A DNA stretch of 64,000 nucleotides from Octopus vulgaris. Lineage: Eukaryota. The notes under the pieces were generated by a model, which did not search any database, had not been told where the DNA came from, and worked only from the letters and a program-made list of their open reading frames with translations. The stretch is from positions 23,188,001 through 23,252,000 of the forward strand of contig OX597822.1 of assembly GCA_951406725.2 (NCBI GenBank). Reading direction: 5' to 3'. Below are positions 38,432 to 52,459 of this stretch, piece after piece (position 1 is the stretch's first letter; every line of letters starts with the position of its first letter). A program made the position numbers and the translations under genes.

Positions 38432-39096
38432 ATATATGAACATTATATAATTATACATATACAGACAGACATTATAGATAGATAGACAGACAGAGTGAAA
38501 GAGAGAGAGAAGAAACTATCAATGCTCATTCCTTCTTTTGTAAAGTATTTCATTCCTCTTATTTCAAAAATAAAGTTTCTTATAAAAAAAGGACATGTTA
38601 CATGTGATCCTGGGTTTGTAGCACATAGGACAAAGAAAAATAAAATTGAAAGGGGATGGTCATGATAGGAATGTCATTAATCATAGATCTTCTCTACTGG
38701 GGTTGAGCTGGGCTTAAACAACAACATTAACTTCAATCCGTACTGATTCCTGCCCCACATTTCCCACATTAACAACCACTTCCATCACACCACATACATG
38801 TAGGATAATTCTTCACCCTCTTTCTTTCATTCAGCTGCCATTTCTTCTTTTTATCTCCTGCCACCACTGCCCACCACCACTGCCACCATTGTTAGGATGC
38901 ACTGTCATCCCCCCCAGTGAAACACCACCTACCCACTCCGATACACATACTCGCCCACCTCACCTGCAAGCACATCCCACCCTGTCACTTACATTACATT
39001 ACTAGAAGCACGTGCCTGCAGAGATCTTAGTATGTGCTTTAGATGTATCATTCCTGCTATTGTATTATGTAACATATATATATACACACACACATA

Positions 39097-39148
<52 letters not shown>

Positions 39149-39371
39149 GAGAGAGGTGAGGAAGAGATGACAGAGAGTGAGAAAAAGAGAGAGAGAGAGG
39201 GGTAGTAAACCTTATGAGATGAAACAAAATCAATATTAAAAGCCTCTCTGACAACTAGCACCTTATTACGTCAAGCCAAGGGCTGCTGGGATAGCAATGT
39301 GGAATGGGTGAGCAGGGAACATTAGAGATGTTGATGATGAACACCTAATATGAATAAAACACATGTACACA

Positions 39372-39405
<34 letters not shown>

Positions 39406-39424
39406 AAACTTTACAAGCTATCAG

Positions 39425-39458
<34 letters not shown>

Positions 39459-41952
39459 CAGGTGGATTCCATTCTTCTTATTTCGAAACTTAGATTTCCT
39501 GACATAGATCTGTGACGAGAGAACAAGAGTGATACAGTGTTATATATGGAGAGAGAGAGAGAGCAAAGTGAATAAGTAGAGTGTAGATGGAACATGAAAG
39601 ATGGAAGAGAGAAAGACAAGGCTGGTGGAGAAAAGAGTAAGAGATATACCATAGAGATTGAGACACAGAGTTAACGAGGGTGCATGGAAAAATAAAGAGA
39701 GATTGGGCATGGGTGTGTGTGTGTGTGGGGGGGGGGGTTAGTGGTGGTGCTGTACTAGCTTCTGCATTCTTTGGTTTCTGACATAAAGATGCATTGAAAA
39801 TAGCTGTGGGGGAAGTGGGGGGGGGGGAGCAGAGAAAGCGGGGGGAGGGGTGGTTGCAGCAATTGCATCAGAGCAGATAAAAACCACTGCAGCAGCTGAT
39901 CAGTCACTTAAAGAATGCAGCTGGATTTCAACGGTGATGGCAGGAGAGGAGTGAGAGAGGGAGAGAGAGAGAGAGCGGGGGGGGGGGGGGGGCAGGTGCA
40001 GTGGTACTGATGAAAGCAGAAACGACAGATAACTGCACTTAAAAACTACAAAAAGTCTGAGATGGCTGGTTCATACGATACGGAATCATCAACAGGTCTC
40101 CATCACCGGCACCACTGTCGCCATCACCATCACAATCACCCTCATCACCCCCGCCGCCGCCACCCACATTGATCGGTTGTTTAATTAATTGGCCAGCATG
40201 GTGCTACTGTAGTCGAGTGTAATTGGTGATCTGGAGAGATCTTAAGTTAGCTGAAGATTTCGTTTTGCTAATCTCATCATAAAAAGGAAGAGTGCATGTG
40301 TGTGTGACCGTGTGTGTGGGAGGGTGGATATAAAGATTTTGGTTATGGCACTTTAACCTACTAGAAGACATAGTACATCCATGAATGAGAAATCTGCCAT
40401 ACATGAATGCATGCATGTGCACCCATGGTAAAATTCACAGACTTTTTTTTTAATGAAAAATTATAAAGGGATTTGCAATCAAACAAAACCAGATGTGAAC
40501 TACACCGTTTTCTCTTATTCAAAGTCTTTGAGAACATTAAACCTTTTGTTATGAGATCACATTTCTGTTGAAACTACGCTGCTTTTATTTCACTTTAGTT
40601 TGAAAATCACGAAGAATTAAATAAAATAGCTTTAAATCACTATTAAGCTGATGTTTGGAACATGAATTAAAACGAAATTCAGATGGAAATTTTAATTTCG
40701 GTCACTTTAAAACAGGAAGTTTATATCATAGGCGCAGGTGGGGTTTCAGCTTCAGTCCCTCTGCATGGCACCTTGGGGAAGTGTCTTCTATAGCCTTGGG
40801 CCAACCGTTGGTAGACGGAAACTGAAAGAAGCTTGTCATGTGTGTGTTTCCCCACCATCTTTGTAAACTTATTCTATTGGTGTCTGTTGCTGAACCACCA
40901 AGTTATAGGAACATAAACATACCAACATCAGTTGTCAAGCAATGGTGGGGGGACATACACAAATACATACATATATATACGATGAGCTTTCTGTCTACCA
41001 AATCCACTCACAAGGCTTTGGTTGGCCTGAGGCTAAAGTAGAAGACACACACAAAAAAAAAAACACAAAAAAAACGAGGAAAATTATTTTGAATCTTCAT
41101 AATGAAAGCTTTCTACAGGGGTACTTTAGATTTCCTGAACAACAAAGGTACCATACAAGGAAATGACTGAGAAAAATTAGCTACAGTACTTATATATATA
41201 TATGTATGTATCATTGAAGCAGAAAGTCACAATCAACATAAGAGATATTTTATTTATGCAACATAATATTTAACCAAACTTTAAGTCCTTTTAATGACCA
41301 TCTCAACGTCAGTGGATGGATATTTTGCTGAGAATTGTGTTTTTAAGAGTTTTTTTGTACATAAAGTAGATGTCAAATGCACTTCTCTTTTTCCTTTTCT
41401 CTTTTTAGTCAACTTAGAAGCAAGGTTTTAAAACAAAAAATATCACACATACAAAAATAAATAAAATATACAAAACATTTTTTTTTTGCCAAAGAGAATG
41501 TTACGACAGGCTATACTTTATTCTGAAAAATCTTTTAATTATGATGACTCCAAAATGTATTGTCCATTATATATCATTATTATTATTATCATTCCCTACC
41601 TCTCAAATGAAATCTGGTGCCAACGTCTTTAGAATGCAACCAGATTCATACATGTCCCTATGTATATGAACTTTTGGTACACTATACACCTACTACTAGA
41701 ATCAGCATTTCTTGCTACAAATTGAACTTTATGCCAGTGCCATGTAAAAAGCACTTAGAATTGCTTATGCTAGTACCATGTTGAAAGCACCCGGCACACA
41801 CTATAAAGTGGTTGGCATTAGAAAGGGCACCCAGCCACAGAAACCAAGCCAAATCACACTGGAACCTGGTGCAGCTTTCTGGTTTGCCAGCTCTGGTCAA
41901 ACTGTCCAACCCATGCCAGCATAGAAAACAGATGATATATATATATATACAT

Positions 41953-42137
41953 AGGGAGAGTTTACGAAAAAAACAAAAGACGAAGACAGGTGGTGTACAA
42001 AACAAACAGATGTATTAGTATAACGCTCAGGAATAGAAAAAGTCTTTTACGTTTCGAGCCTATGCTCCTCTACAGAAAGGGACACAGAAAAAACAAGGAG
42101 AGAAACAAGGAGAGAAAAAAATGTGTGTAGTGGCTAT
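41953..42137 (-). mobile_element. Short Penelope-like element with minimal hammerhead-shaped motif, inserted in (TA)n
   Basis: Homologous to 43247-43402. Minus-strand motif at 42044-42079: CTTT-CTGTAGA-G-GAGC-ATAG-GCTC-GAAA-CGTA-AAAG. Confidence 0.6.
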
Positions 42138-42879
42138 GCACACACACATATATATATACATACATTCATAGATATACATACACACACGTAATATGATCAT
42201 ATATGTAAATATTTACAAAGTGGAGATGGTTTGAGAGGTGAGCAGTAAAGGAAATGGGTGAGTTAGAGAGCAGAGACAGCAAGGAGTGGAAGTAAGAGGC
42301 AACAAGAGATGGGAAGTAAGGACATGGTTTGAGAGATGGAGCAGATAAATGAGAGAGAGAGAGAGAAAATATGCAAGCAGACGAGTAAGAGAATGAGAGA
42401 ATCAGAGAAGGTGGATGAGAGAACAGGAAAAATTTTTAGATAAAAGGCAAGATCAATAGGTGAGTACCAATACAGCTGATTGTATCTGATTGATTTTGAC
42501 TTTGATGTTCAAAACCCAAATGAGACAACTAAATAAATAAAGTCTGATAATGCTATATAGAAACGGTAATGCTATATAGAAAATTTATAAAAAATAAGTT
42601 CAAACAGGTGAAAAGATACCTCATTAGATATACCTGAATGACCAAAACCAGGTACATAGTATTGCAGGATGTGATTGCAAAGTGGTTGTAATACAAGTTA
42701 TATATACATCTATAGACATATATATCATAAAATTATACACCTCGACACAATGTATATGTGTAGGTATACACACAATGATGCAATTATTATAATATATGTG
42801 CTTGTTTTGTATACACACACAGGATTATACAAGATGATATAATTGTATATGTGTGTGCACGCGTGTGTGTATGGTATTA

Positions 42880-43237
42880 AGAGCACCATCCGAGTGGGAT
42901 CGTTGCCAGAGCAGCTATCTGGCCTCCGTGCCGGTGGCACGTAAAAGACACCATTCGAGTGTGATCGTTACCAGCATCGCCTTACTGGCACCTGTGCCGG
43001 CGGCATGTGTAAAACATTCAAGCGAGGTCGTTGCCAGTGCCGCCTGACTGGCCCCGTGCCAGTGGCACGTAAAAGCACCCACTACACTCTCAGAGTGGTT
43101 GGCGTTAGGAAGGGCATCCAGCTGTAGAAACTCTGCAAGATCAAGATTGAAGCCTGGTGCAACCATCTGGTTCGCCAGCCCTCTGTCGTACGTCCAACCC
43201 ATGCTAGCATGGAAAGCGGACGTTAAATGATGATGAT
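42880..43237 (+). mobile_element. Family C non-autonomous retroelement with internal ~60-bp tandem units and (GAT)n tail
   Basis: Three repeats of gtgccggtggcacgtaaaa...; then gagtggttggcgttaggaagggcatccagctgtag...ccaacccatgctagcatggaaagcggacgttaaatgatgatg. The tail type is typical of RTE-mobilised elements (inference). Confidence 0.75.
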
Positions 43238-43246
43238 ATATATATA

Positions 43247-43398
43247 TAGGGAGAATTCACGAAAAAAACAAAAGACGAAGACAGGTGGTGTAGAACACAA
43301 ACAGACGCATTAGTATCACACTCGGGAATTGGAAAAGTCTTTTAGGTTTCGAGCCTACGCTCTTCCACAGAAAGGAACACAGAAAGAAACAAGGAAAG

Positions 43399-43402
<4 letters not shown>
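43247..43402 (-). mobile_element. Second copy of the short Penelope-like element
   Basis: Flanked by (TA)n on both sides. Motif at 43339-43374: CTTT-CTGTGGA-A-GAGC-GTAG-GCTC-GAAA-CCTA-AAAG. Confidence 0.6.
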
Positions 43403-43432
<30 letters not shown>

Positions 43433-43452
43433 TACAAATGAGATGACCTAAT

Positions 43453-43672
43453 TAACCCTTTAACATTTAAACCAGCCACAGCTGGTGAAATAGTCTCTGT
43501 TTGTATGTTCGAACCAGCCAGATTTGACCTATCACACCTACCCTACAATGTCTTTCTGTCATTCTAAAAATAAACAATCTCATCACCAAAACCTTGAAGC
43601 TATGAAACAATGCCTGATTGATTTTTTAAAAATCTGAGTAAGCATTAAAGTAATCTGAATGCTAAAGAGTTA
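43453..43672. mobile_element. Second piggyBac-type MITE family (TTAACCCTTTAGCATT...AATGCTAAAGGGTTAA). Copies also at about 5054-5645, 7345-7563, 29180-29401, 35581-35735, 36705-36930, 46086-46310, 54495-54665 and 62980-63140
   Basis: TTAA-CCCTT termini with the shared internal cctaccctacaatgtcattctaaaaataaacaatc segment. Confidence 0.7.
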
Positions 43673-43694
43673 CACCCACACACCGACATATATA

Positions 43695-43776
<82 letters not shown>

Positions 43777-44503
43777 ATAATGTACATGTTAAGATATATG
43801 CAATAGAATTACAGCTCTCTCTGTCTCTGTATATATGTATGTACACACTCACACACACAGAGAAAGGAGACCCACCATGTAGACAAGTTTCATATGTTCA
43901 TTGTTCTGCTATTGTTCCTTTTATTTTTCCCAATTCTTCCATGTCTAAGTATTACATATCATACATGTATATACTGTACAATACACACACACACACATAT
44001 ATATATATATGACTTATTTACTTTAATCAATATGGGAAAATAATGAAATATATAATTTGAATATATTTGAATTTATACTTCAAACTTTACAGTGTGATGG
44101 TAGTAGTGATGATACAGATTGATGACAGGGACTAAACAATTAGCTATAAATAATTTATGATTAAAGCATCTTAAGACAAGTCATACATGAGAAAGCTATA
44201 AAAAAAAAAAAAAGAGAGCATGTTTAACAGATTGAGAATGATGAATAATACTAAGGAGAGATAAGAGAGAGATAAATAGAGAGGGCAGAAGGGAACAAGG
44301 GAGAGAGATCAAATAGGAGAGAGAAAGAGACAAACATAAGCAGCATACCATTATAGAAATGAAGAGAAGTGATGCAAATCTGATGAGAGAAATGAATGAG
44401 ATTAACTCTTTTAATAGTGACCTACTTGTACTAAATTGTTTGTCTGAATTAAGGTTTTCTCATGCAATGAAGGACAGATAATCTGAGATTCCAATCATTA
44501 AGT

Positions 44504-44737
44504 ACCTATTTCTTTACTACCCACAAGGGGCTAAACACAGAGAGGACAAACAAGGACAGATAAACGGATTAAGTCGATTACATCGACCCCAGTGCGTAAC
44601 TGGTACTTATTTAATCGACCTCGAAAGGATGAAAGGCAAAGTCGACCTCAGCGGAATTTGAACTCAGAACGTAGCAGCAGACGAAATACCACTAAGCATT
44701 TTGCCCAGTGTGCTAACGTTTCTGCCAGCTCGCCACC
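44504..44737 (-). mobile_element. Family B SINE copy
   Basis: Full length; TSD caatcattaa(g/a)tacc. Confidence 0.85.
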
Positions 44738-44789
44738 TTGAATCAATCATTAAATACCAGCATCTCATCTCTTCTTTGCTCATTTAATC

Positions 44790-45170
44790 CTTGGAGGGCT
44801 GGAGAGGGGGGGGGGACAGAGTTCCCAAGCACACTTTCCATCGGGTTGTGTCAGAGAGGCAAATGTCTCCAATTGGTCTGGCTATGCCACCAGGCAAAAA
44901 CCAACCAAGCTCATGACTGTTATCCAACCATCTTGCTCATGATCTACCCACTTGGTCTCCTGCCAGTTAGCTTTACCTGTAAAACCTGTCCAGCAATTCT
45001 TTTCCCTGACATTCTTGCCACATGACCACAGAATCGAAGCTGTGATCTCTCAATTTGAAGGAATTGCAGCTCCGCTTGGAGCACCTCTCTGATCACCAAG
45101 CCCCATAAAATATCAAGTAATGTTACTCCAAAAACCCTTCAGAGGATCCCAATTTTGGCCACTTATATTC
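44790..45170 (-). mobile_element. Decayed 3' part of an RTE (Expander/REX3-like) LINE
   Basis: Minus translation RVFGVTLLD...IREVLQAELQFLQIERSQLRFCGHVARMSGKRIAGQVLQVKLTGRRP (IERSQLR.FGHV.RM motif). Confidence 0.8.
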
Positions 45171-45211
45171 ATGATCATATTATCATCTGAATGCTAGAGA
45201 GTTACACACAG

Positions 45212-45249
<38 letters not shown>

Positions 45250-46927
45250 CCCCCTTCGGTCAGACACTGACCATGGGTTTGCACCTAGAGAGTTACTCTC
45301 TGAGGCACAAGTCTGGGCAAGGTTGTTTTATGGAAGACATTAGAGTAGCATGTATATATACATCATCATCATCATCGTTTAGCGTCCATGGAAAACGGAC
45401 GCTAAACGATGATGATGATGATGATGTATATATACATGCTACTCTAATATCTTAATTATGTTGGTTTAAGATTTTAGCATGAGACCAACAATTTCATGGG
45501 AGGAGGGCTAAGTCAATTACATCAACCCCAATGCCCAACTAGTATTTATTTTATCGATCCCAAAAGGATGAAAGGCAAAATCCACCTTGGCAAAATTTGA
45601 ACTCATGTGTAAAAATGGGTAAAATGCTGCTAAACACTTTTTGTCTGGTGTGCTAATGGTTCAGCCAGTTTGCTGTCTTCAGTATGTTAATTATATTGAA
45701 AATTAATTGGGACAAAGAAATCTAATTATTAGGAATATAGTAAGGGAAGGGCTAAAGGATATATATTTAACTGGATGTAAGACAAAGGAGATAAGACAGC
45801 AGCCTAGCTATCTGGTTCTAACATAAATGGGATGGACAAGCAAAGGCGAGGTTAATGCAGAGAGGGGTATTGTATGCTAAAGCAGTATTAAGAATAGATT
45901 CAGAACAAAGTCAACAATAATAGAAGACTGCAGCAGAAAGACATTTATCAATAAAGCAATAATAATATGCTAGGCCAAAAGCACTTTAAACACAACAGAC
46001 CAGCTAACTATATTATATATTTGCATCACCATCTTTGTTTTATTGTCCTTTTTTCCATTTTTGCATGGGGTCAGATGAAATTTATTAACCCTTTAGTATT
46101 TAAACTAGCCATTTCTGGCTCAAATGTTCTGCCTGCTTTACTTTAAAACTAAACTGATTTGATCTTTCACGCCTACCCTACAATGCCATTTTACAAAAAA
46201 TAGTAATCCCATTATTGAAATCTTGAAGCTATGAGATGCATTATTATTTCAAAACTAAGTGGAATAAACAAGCATCACATTCGACAGAGTAATCTGGATA
46301 CTAAAAGGTCAAGGCAGATGTTCTATGGTTGGGTACACCACCTGTCTTCAACCCTCACCTATTTTCAAAGACAGTAATAATTTCCCTGTTCCTTCAAACA
46401 AAAACAATACAACGGCCAGATATGTTTTCATGAAGACAAGATGGTTTCTTTTAATTCCAGTCTATAGAATCCCCTCACAAGATTTAGGGTCAACCTGGGG
46501 CCAAAGTCTTATGCAATAGAATTGAACACAAACCCATATGGCCACAAAATGAAGTTTGTAACCACACAACCATGCCTACATACACATTAATGGGATACTT
46601 TCAGTGTTGCCCTCTACAAAATCCACTTACAAAATTTTATTTAAGCTGAGGTTATAGCAGAAGACACTCACCCAAGGTGTTCCACAATGGGATTGATCTT
46701 GAAACCACAAGGTTGCTAAGGGATTTTCTTAACCACACCCATGTATGTGTGTGTGTGTGCGCGCGCGCGCGCATATGCACGTGCATATGTGTGTATATAC
46801 ACACACACATGCGCTCTCTGCAGGGTAGTTGGTCTTAGAAAGGGCATCCAGCCATAAAAACCATGCCAAAACAGACACAGTAACTTGGTGTAGTCATCTG
46901 CCTGGCTGGCTTCTGTCAAACCCATTT

Positions 46928-47150
46928 TTTTACTACCCACAAGGGGCTAAACACAGAGAGGACAAACAAGGACAGACAAACGGATTAAGTCGATTATATC
47001 GACCCCAGTGCGTAACTAGTACTTATTTAATCGACCCCGAATGGATGAAAGGCAAAGTCGATCTCGGCGGAATTTGAACTCAGAACGTAACCGCAGACGA
47101 AATACCACTAAGCATTTTGCCCGGCGTGCTAACGCTTCTACCAGCTCACT
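46928..47150 (-). mobile_element. Family B SINE nested in a family C element
   Basis: Splits a family C copy (46820-47205) with duplicated ctgtcaaacc. Confidence 0.8.
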
Positions 47151-47832
47151 CCTGTCAAACCATCCAACCCATGCCAGCATGGAAGGCAGACATTAAACAA
47201 TAATGATAATGACACCGACAACAATGATGATGACAACAATGATGATTCTATACACAAACGGATAGAGAGCAACAGGTTACCCAGATACAATTGAATAAAT
47301 GGTAACACAAAATATTTGTACTGCCAACTAATGTACTGGTTTCAGTTTTTAATGCACAAGCCAGATGTCAAAAACTTTGAAAAGACGGGACATCTCCAGA
47401 ATTCAATATGATCCAATATTAAAATGCTACAGAAAGTCTAAGATAGGTCTTACTAGTCTTCTATTTTATTATTTTTGTGTATATTGAGTCTTATATAATA
47501 GTTTGTATTTCACTGAGTAGCTCAGGCCACAAAAATAATACATCAATCAATCAATCAATCACCCGATCGATAATTTGTATATCAATATTTGATATTCTGT
47601 TAGATATAATGGAAGTACATTGACCCAGTTTGAACGAGGTCTACTATTTACTAGGCAGTAGAAGTAGAACTGATGTATACTTTCACTTTCTCTCTCTCTA
47701 TAAATGTAGATATCAAGGAATCTAGTATCGGCAATGTATCAACAACACAAGAGTATAAAAACCAAACTCAACCAAAATTCTCCTTCCTTTCTATGCAGAG
47801 TAATGTGAAAATGAAAGCTTGCAAGAACTCTG

Positions 47833-47863
<31 letters not shown>

Positions 47864-47984
47864 AAACCTTTGGTTTGTAAAAGTTAATAAATTATATACT
47901 GTACTAAAAAAGCATTAAGTAATCATTCAGTTTAATGATAAATTGCTTTTATATACAACTTGACATATAAGCAAATATTAATAT

Positions 47985-48146
47985 AAATACACACACACAC
48001 ACACATGTGCATATATCTATATATATATGTACATACAAACATATATGTATATATGAACATATTCATTCACACACACACACACACACATTCACATATATAT
48101 ATAAAGACACACACACGTGTGCATATATCTCTATATGTACATACAA

Positions 48147-48177
<31 letters not shown>

Positions 48178-48306
48178 CATTCACATATATATATAATATA
48201 AATACACACACATACATAAATGTACACACATGAACATACATATATACATATGCCAGCACGAAAAATGGACATTAAATTATGTTAAAACACACACACACAC
48301 ACACAC
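47985..48306. repeat. (CA)/(TA) low-complexity tract with an internal ~110-bp duplication
   Basis: gtgcatatatct.tatatgtacatacaaaca occurs twice. Similar microsatellites occur throughout the window. Confidence 0.7.
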
Positions 48307-50545
48307 GAAGCAAATTTGGTCGTAACCTATTTAGCATCACATTACCACATTCAAACTAATCGATTGTGCATGACATGAAGCAAATGGTGTTTGCTTAGCC
48401 CAATCCAAATATCCAAATATATTAACATGTTACCATTGCTAGCCACAAACCACCATCAAAATTACACAAAGACATTTCTATCTTCCTAAGTTGTTGTTTT
48501 TTATTTTTTATTTTTGTTTAGTAAATAAATACCAATGTGGCTAATATTCTGATAAGTAGTAACATCAGTTATCATCAGTATTATCTGGAAAAATGGCTTT
48601 AGGACAGCCAAATATATTTAATATCATTTAGATATATTGATAACTGATGAAGGATTTCATTAGAAAGATAGGTGATGTCAAAATATTTCTATATTTTTTA
48701 CTTCTTTTTTCTATTTTTTTTTTTAATCTTTTACATGTTTCAGTCACTGGACTGCAGCCATGCAAAGAGATTACCTTTGAAGGGTTTAGTCAAACTGATC
48801 CCATTCATAGGTGTGGCTGTGTGGTAAGAAGTTTTCTTCCTAACCACATGGTTTCAGGTTCAATCCTATTGCATGGCACCTGGGGCAAGTATCTTCCACC
48901 ATAACTTCAAGCTGACCAGTCTTGCAAGTAGATTTGGTAGACAGAAACTGAAAGAAGCTCAATGTGTGCATGTGTATTTGTGTGTGTGTGTGTGTGTGTG
49001 TGCATTTATATATATATATATATATACATCAAAGAGTGAAGAATCTTGACTTGCTACAATGATAAACTCAGACTCTACCTGAACATGTCAAGCTATCATT
49101 CATTCAAGCTGACAGCAAGTTATAAGAAAAAAAAAAAACCTTGAGTCATTTTTTCTTGTAAACTATTATTCAAAACTCATGGAAGTGTGTGTATGATTCT
49201 AATTTTAGGAAAAGGTTTCAAACACTAAGTAGTAAACAGCTTAGTTCTGTTTTTATCATAGAGAAAAACAATGGAAAAAAACCCCCCACAATGGGAGAGA
49301 AATAACTATAAGAAAAAGAAAATACTTAAAAAATTAAAAATGGCACAAATAACAATCCTGGAGGCACTTTTGATGTTTAGCCATGAAAGTGATGTCAAGT
49401 GTATTTATATGTTTGCTCTAGAGTAATAGTTAAGCTGGTAACAGCTGTTCTCTATTAAATGATCTGAAGTAAATTTTGGAAAAAAAAAGGGACCACACTA
49501 CACAATAGTTTAGTCATCAACAGCAACAGTCATGCTTTAAGATTGGTTACCTTAGGGGACCTCACTAAGCTTTCTAATAATAATAATGATTTCTTTTATC
49601 TATTAATAATAATAATTGGAGTGAAGGTGTATGGCTCAATGGTTAGAGCGTCAGGCTCACAATTGTGAGATACTGAGTTCGATTCCTGAACCAGGCTGTG
49701 TGTTGTGTTCTTGAGTACAACACTATTTTACATTGCTCCAGTTCACTCAACTGTAGAAATGAGCTACGATTGTCACTGGTGCCAAGCTGTATTGACCTTT
49801 GCCTTTCCCTTGTACCAGTTTTCACTTACTCCCTCCATCAAAACTGCTGGCCAAGTGCCAAATTTTGAAATCATTACTAAATTCTTTTCTCTCATTTATA
49901 TATTCAAATGAAACAATACCCATCTGTGATGGTTAAAAGTATTTGCGGTTAAAAAATTTATTATATAGCAATTTTCTAACGAATATACACATGATCTTTC
50001 GGTGAGGAAACCTATATATGTACATCATCAGCCATTGAAGTTAAAAGAGGGTTAAAGTATTTGACTTATGAAGTAGTAGTATTAGTAACAAATAGTAGTT
50101 ACCAGAGTAACTGCTATTGGACAAGAGACACAACTTCCCTCAACATAACCAAATGAAAGTTTACAAAGCAGATATCAACATTATGACACGTAAAAAGCAC
50201 CAGCCACCTCTGGCCCCTGTGCCGGTGGCATATAAAAAGCACCCACTACACTCATGGAGTGGTTGGCGTTAGGAAGGGCATCCAGCTGTAGAAACACTGC
50301 CAGATCAGAATGGAGCCTGGTGCAGCCGCCTGGCTTTCTAGACCCCGGTCGAACTGTCCAGCCCATGCTATCATGGAAAACGGTCGTTCAACGATGATGA
50401 TGATGACACACACACAGACATGATACATCGCATCAACAACTGAATGTTGATACACACATACACACACACATATATATGTGGATATGTGGATATGTATATA
50501 GATAGGTTGGGAAATTGTATATATGTATATATAGATGGATTGGGA

Positions 50546-50578
<33 letters not shown>

Positions 50579-51018
50579 GGCTAGATAGCAAGTCTTTTAC
50601 CCCTTGACAGTAATAATAAACACCTCTTGGTTGGGTTATCAGCGATGTTGTTTGTATTGTGAATATAAGCATATATATATATAAGTTGTCTCTCCCTCTT
50701 TTTCTGTGTCTCTCTTATGCAAACTACTCAGAACTGTTATGACATTAACTGCGAAGACTGATTGAAGTGAACAAAGCATCAAAGCAAAACTACTTGGCAA
50801 ACCTATCACCGTTCCATTAAATCGGGGTAGAAAATGATAAACAATTTATCAACTATTATTACTGCATTCGATAACAAAGACAACAACAACGACGACAACA
50901 ACAACAACAACAACAACAAAATAAACAAGTTGCATATTTTACATGCAGAATTGCAGTCTGTTTAGAAAAATTGACAGTCTTTCTCCCTCTGTCTATCTCT
51001 CACTTTCTCTTTCTGTCC

Positions 51019-51057
<39 letters not shown>

Positions 51058-51204
51058 TCTGAATGTAGATTTGTTTTGAATACAAAATCCTATATATGTG
51101 TTTTCAAGAAGTGACTGATGTAGGGTTGTATTTTACATCAAAAGACTAAACCACTTAGTGCATGCGCAGATACACCCACATGCACATTATAGACACACAC
51201 ACAC

Positions 51205-51249
<45 letters not shown>

Positions 51250-51598
51250 CATGTACATATAGACGTATACATAGACTTATACATACATACATACGTATTG
51301 AATAATTTAGTTTTTGAAATTCATTTTATTTTTCTTTCTAAACAATGCAAAATCATAGATGGAAGAGAAGATTAAAAACAAAATACATTTCAAATCACAA
51401 TATTAAATAAATAAATATAGATATATATGAGTAAAATGAACAAAGAAAAGATAAAATAAATAAATAAATAAATAAATAAATAGGCAATTTTAGATTGAGA
51501 AATTAAATTATTTGAACCTTTAACTTTCAAATGTTATAACAAGCTAGTTGTGGGCTTCCTAACACATCACCCATGTTATTTTAAAACTTCATACACAC

Positions 51599-51654
<56 letters not shown>

Positions 51655-52214
51655 TATATATACATACATATAGTAAAAATCAATGACTACCATTACGAAA
51701 TAAAAATTGTTTTTGAGATTAAAGAATTCCAAAAGTGAGTGAGAGAGAGAGAGAGAGAAAGGTGATAATGGAATGAGATAGAAAAAAAACACACACACAT
51801 ATATATACATACATATCATCATCATCACTTAATGTCTGTTTTTCATGCTGACATGGGGTGGATGGTTTGCCTGGAGCAGGGAAGACTGTGGACTGCGCCA
51901 AGCTCTACTGTCTGCTGCCTGAAGCTGGAAGTCCTTTCTAATGCCAACCACTTTACAGAATGTGCTGGATGCTTTTTATGTGGCACCACACACACACATA
52001 GTACACAGAGATATGGATCTTGAACAGTCAGAAAGAATTAGGCATGCAAATGTAGAGTTCAATGAGATGGAGAGAGAGCAGTGGTCGTAGTGAACAGAAA
52101 GAAGACCTGACCTTATACAAAACAGAAAACTTCCCAAAATATTTGTTTATGCATCTGAAGAAGCCAGAATTTTATATGCAAACATGAAAGGAGGGGGGGA
52201 AAAAGAGAAAAAAA

Positions 52215-52423
52215 AGGCACAAGGCTAGCAATTTTGAGGAAAGGAGGAGGTCAATTGCATCGACCCCAGAATTGAACTGGTATCTATTTTACTAACACCC
52301 AAAACAGCATTTCTCAACCAGGGTTCCCCAGAACCCTAGGGTTTCACAAAGGGTTCCTAGGGGTTCTGCGAGAAAGGCTAATGCTAATTTCATGATCGTA
52401 ATATCATTATATGTGCATATATA

Positions 52424-52459
<36 letters not shown>

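Noticed and set aside
40000-40040. CTGATGA-aagca-GAAA-cgac, a canonical hammerhead core spelling
   Set aside because: No stem II can form, and the would-be cleavage triplet is GAC, not NUH.
48640-48680. CTGATGA...GAAA near 48645
   Set aside because: No convincing stems I or II.
49618-49700. tRNA-like sequence (A and B boxes)
   Set aside because: It is the head of a SINE continuing into a CORE-like body. No intact cloverleaf, so not called as a tRNA gene; the same applies to other SINE heads.
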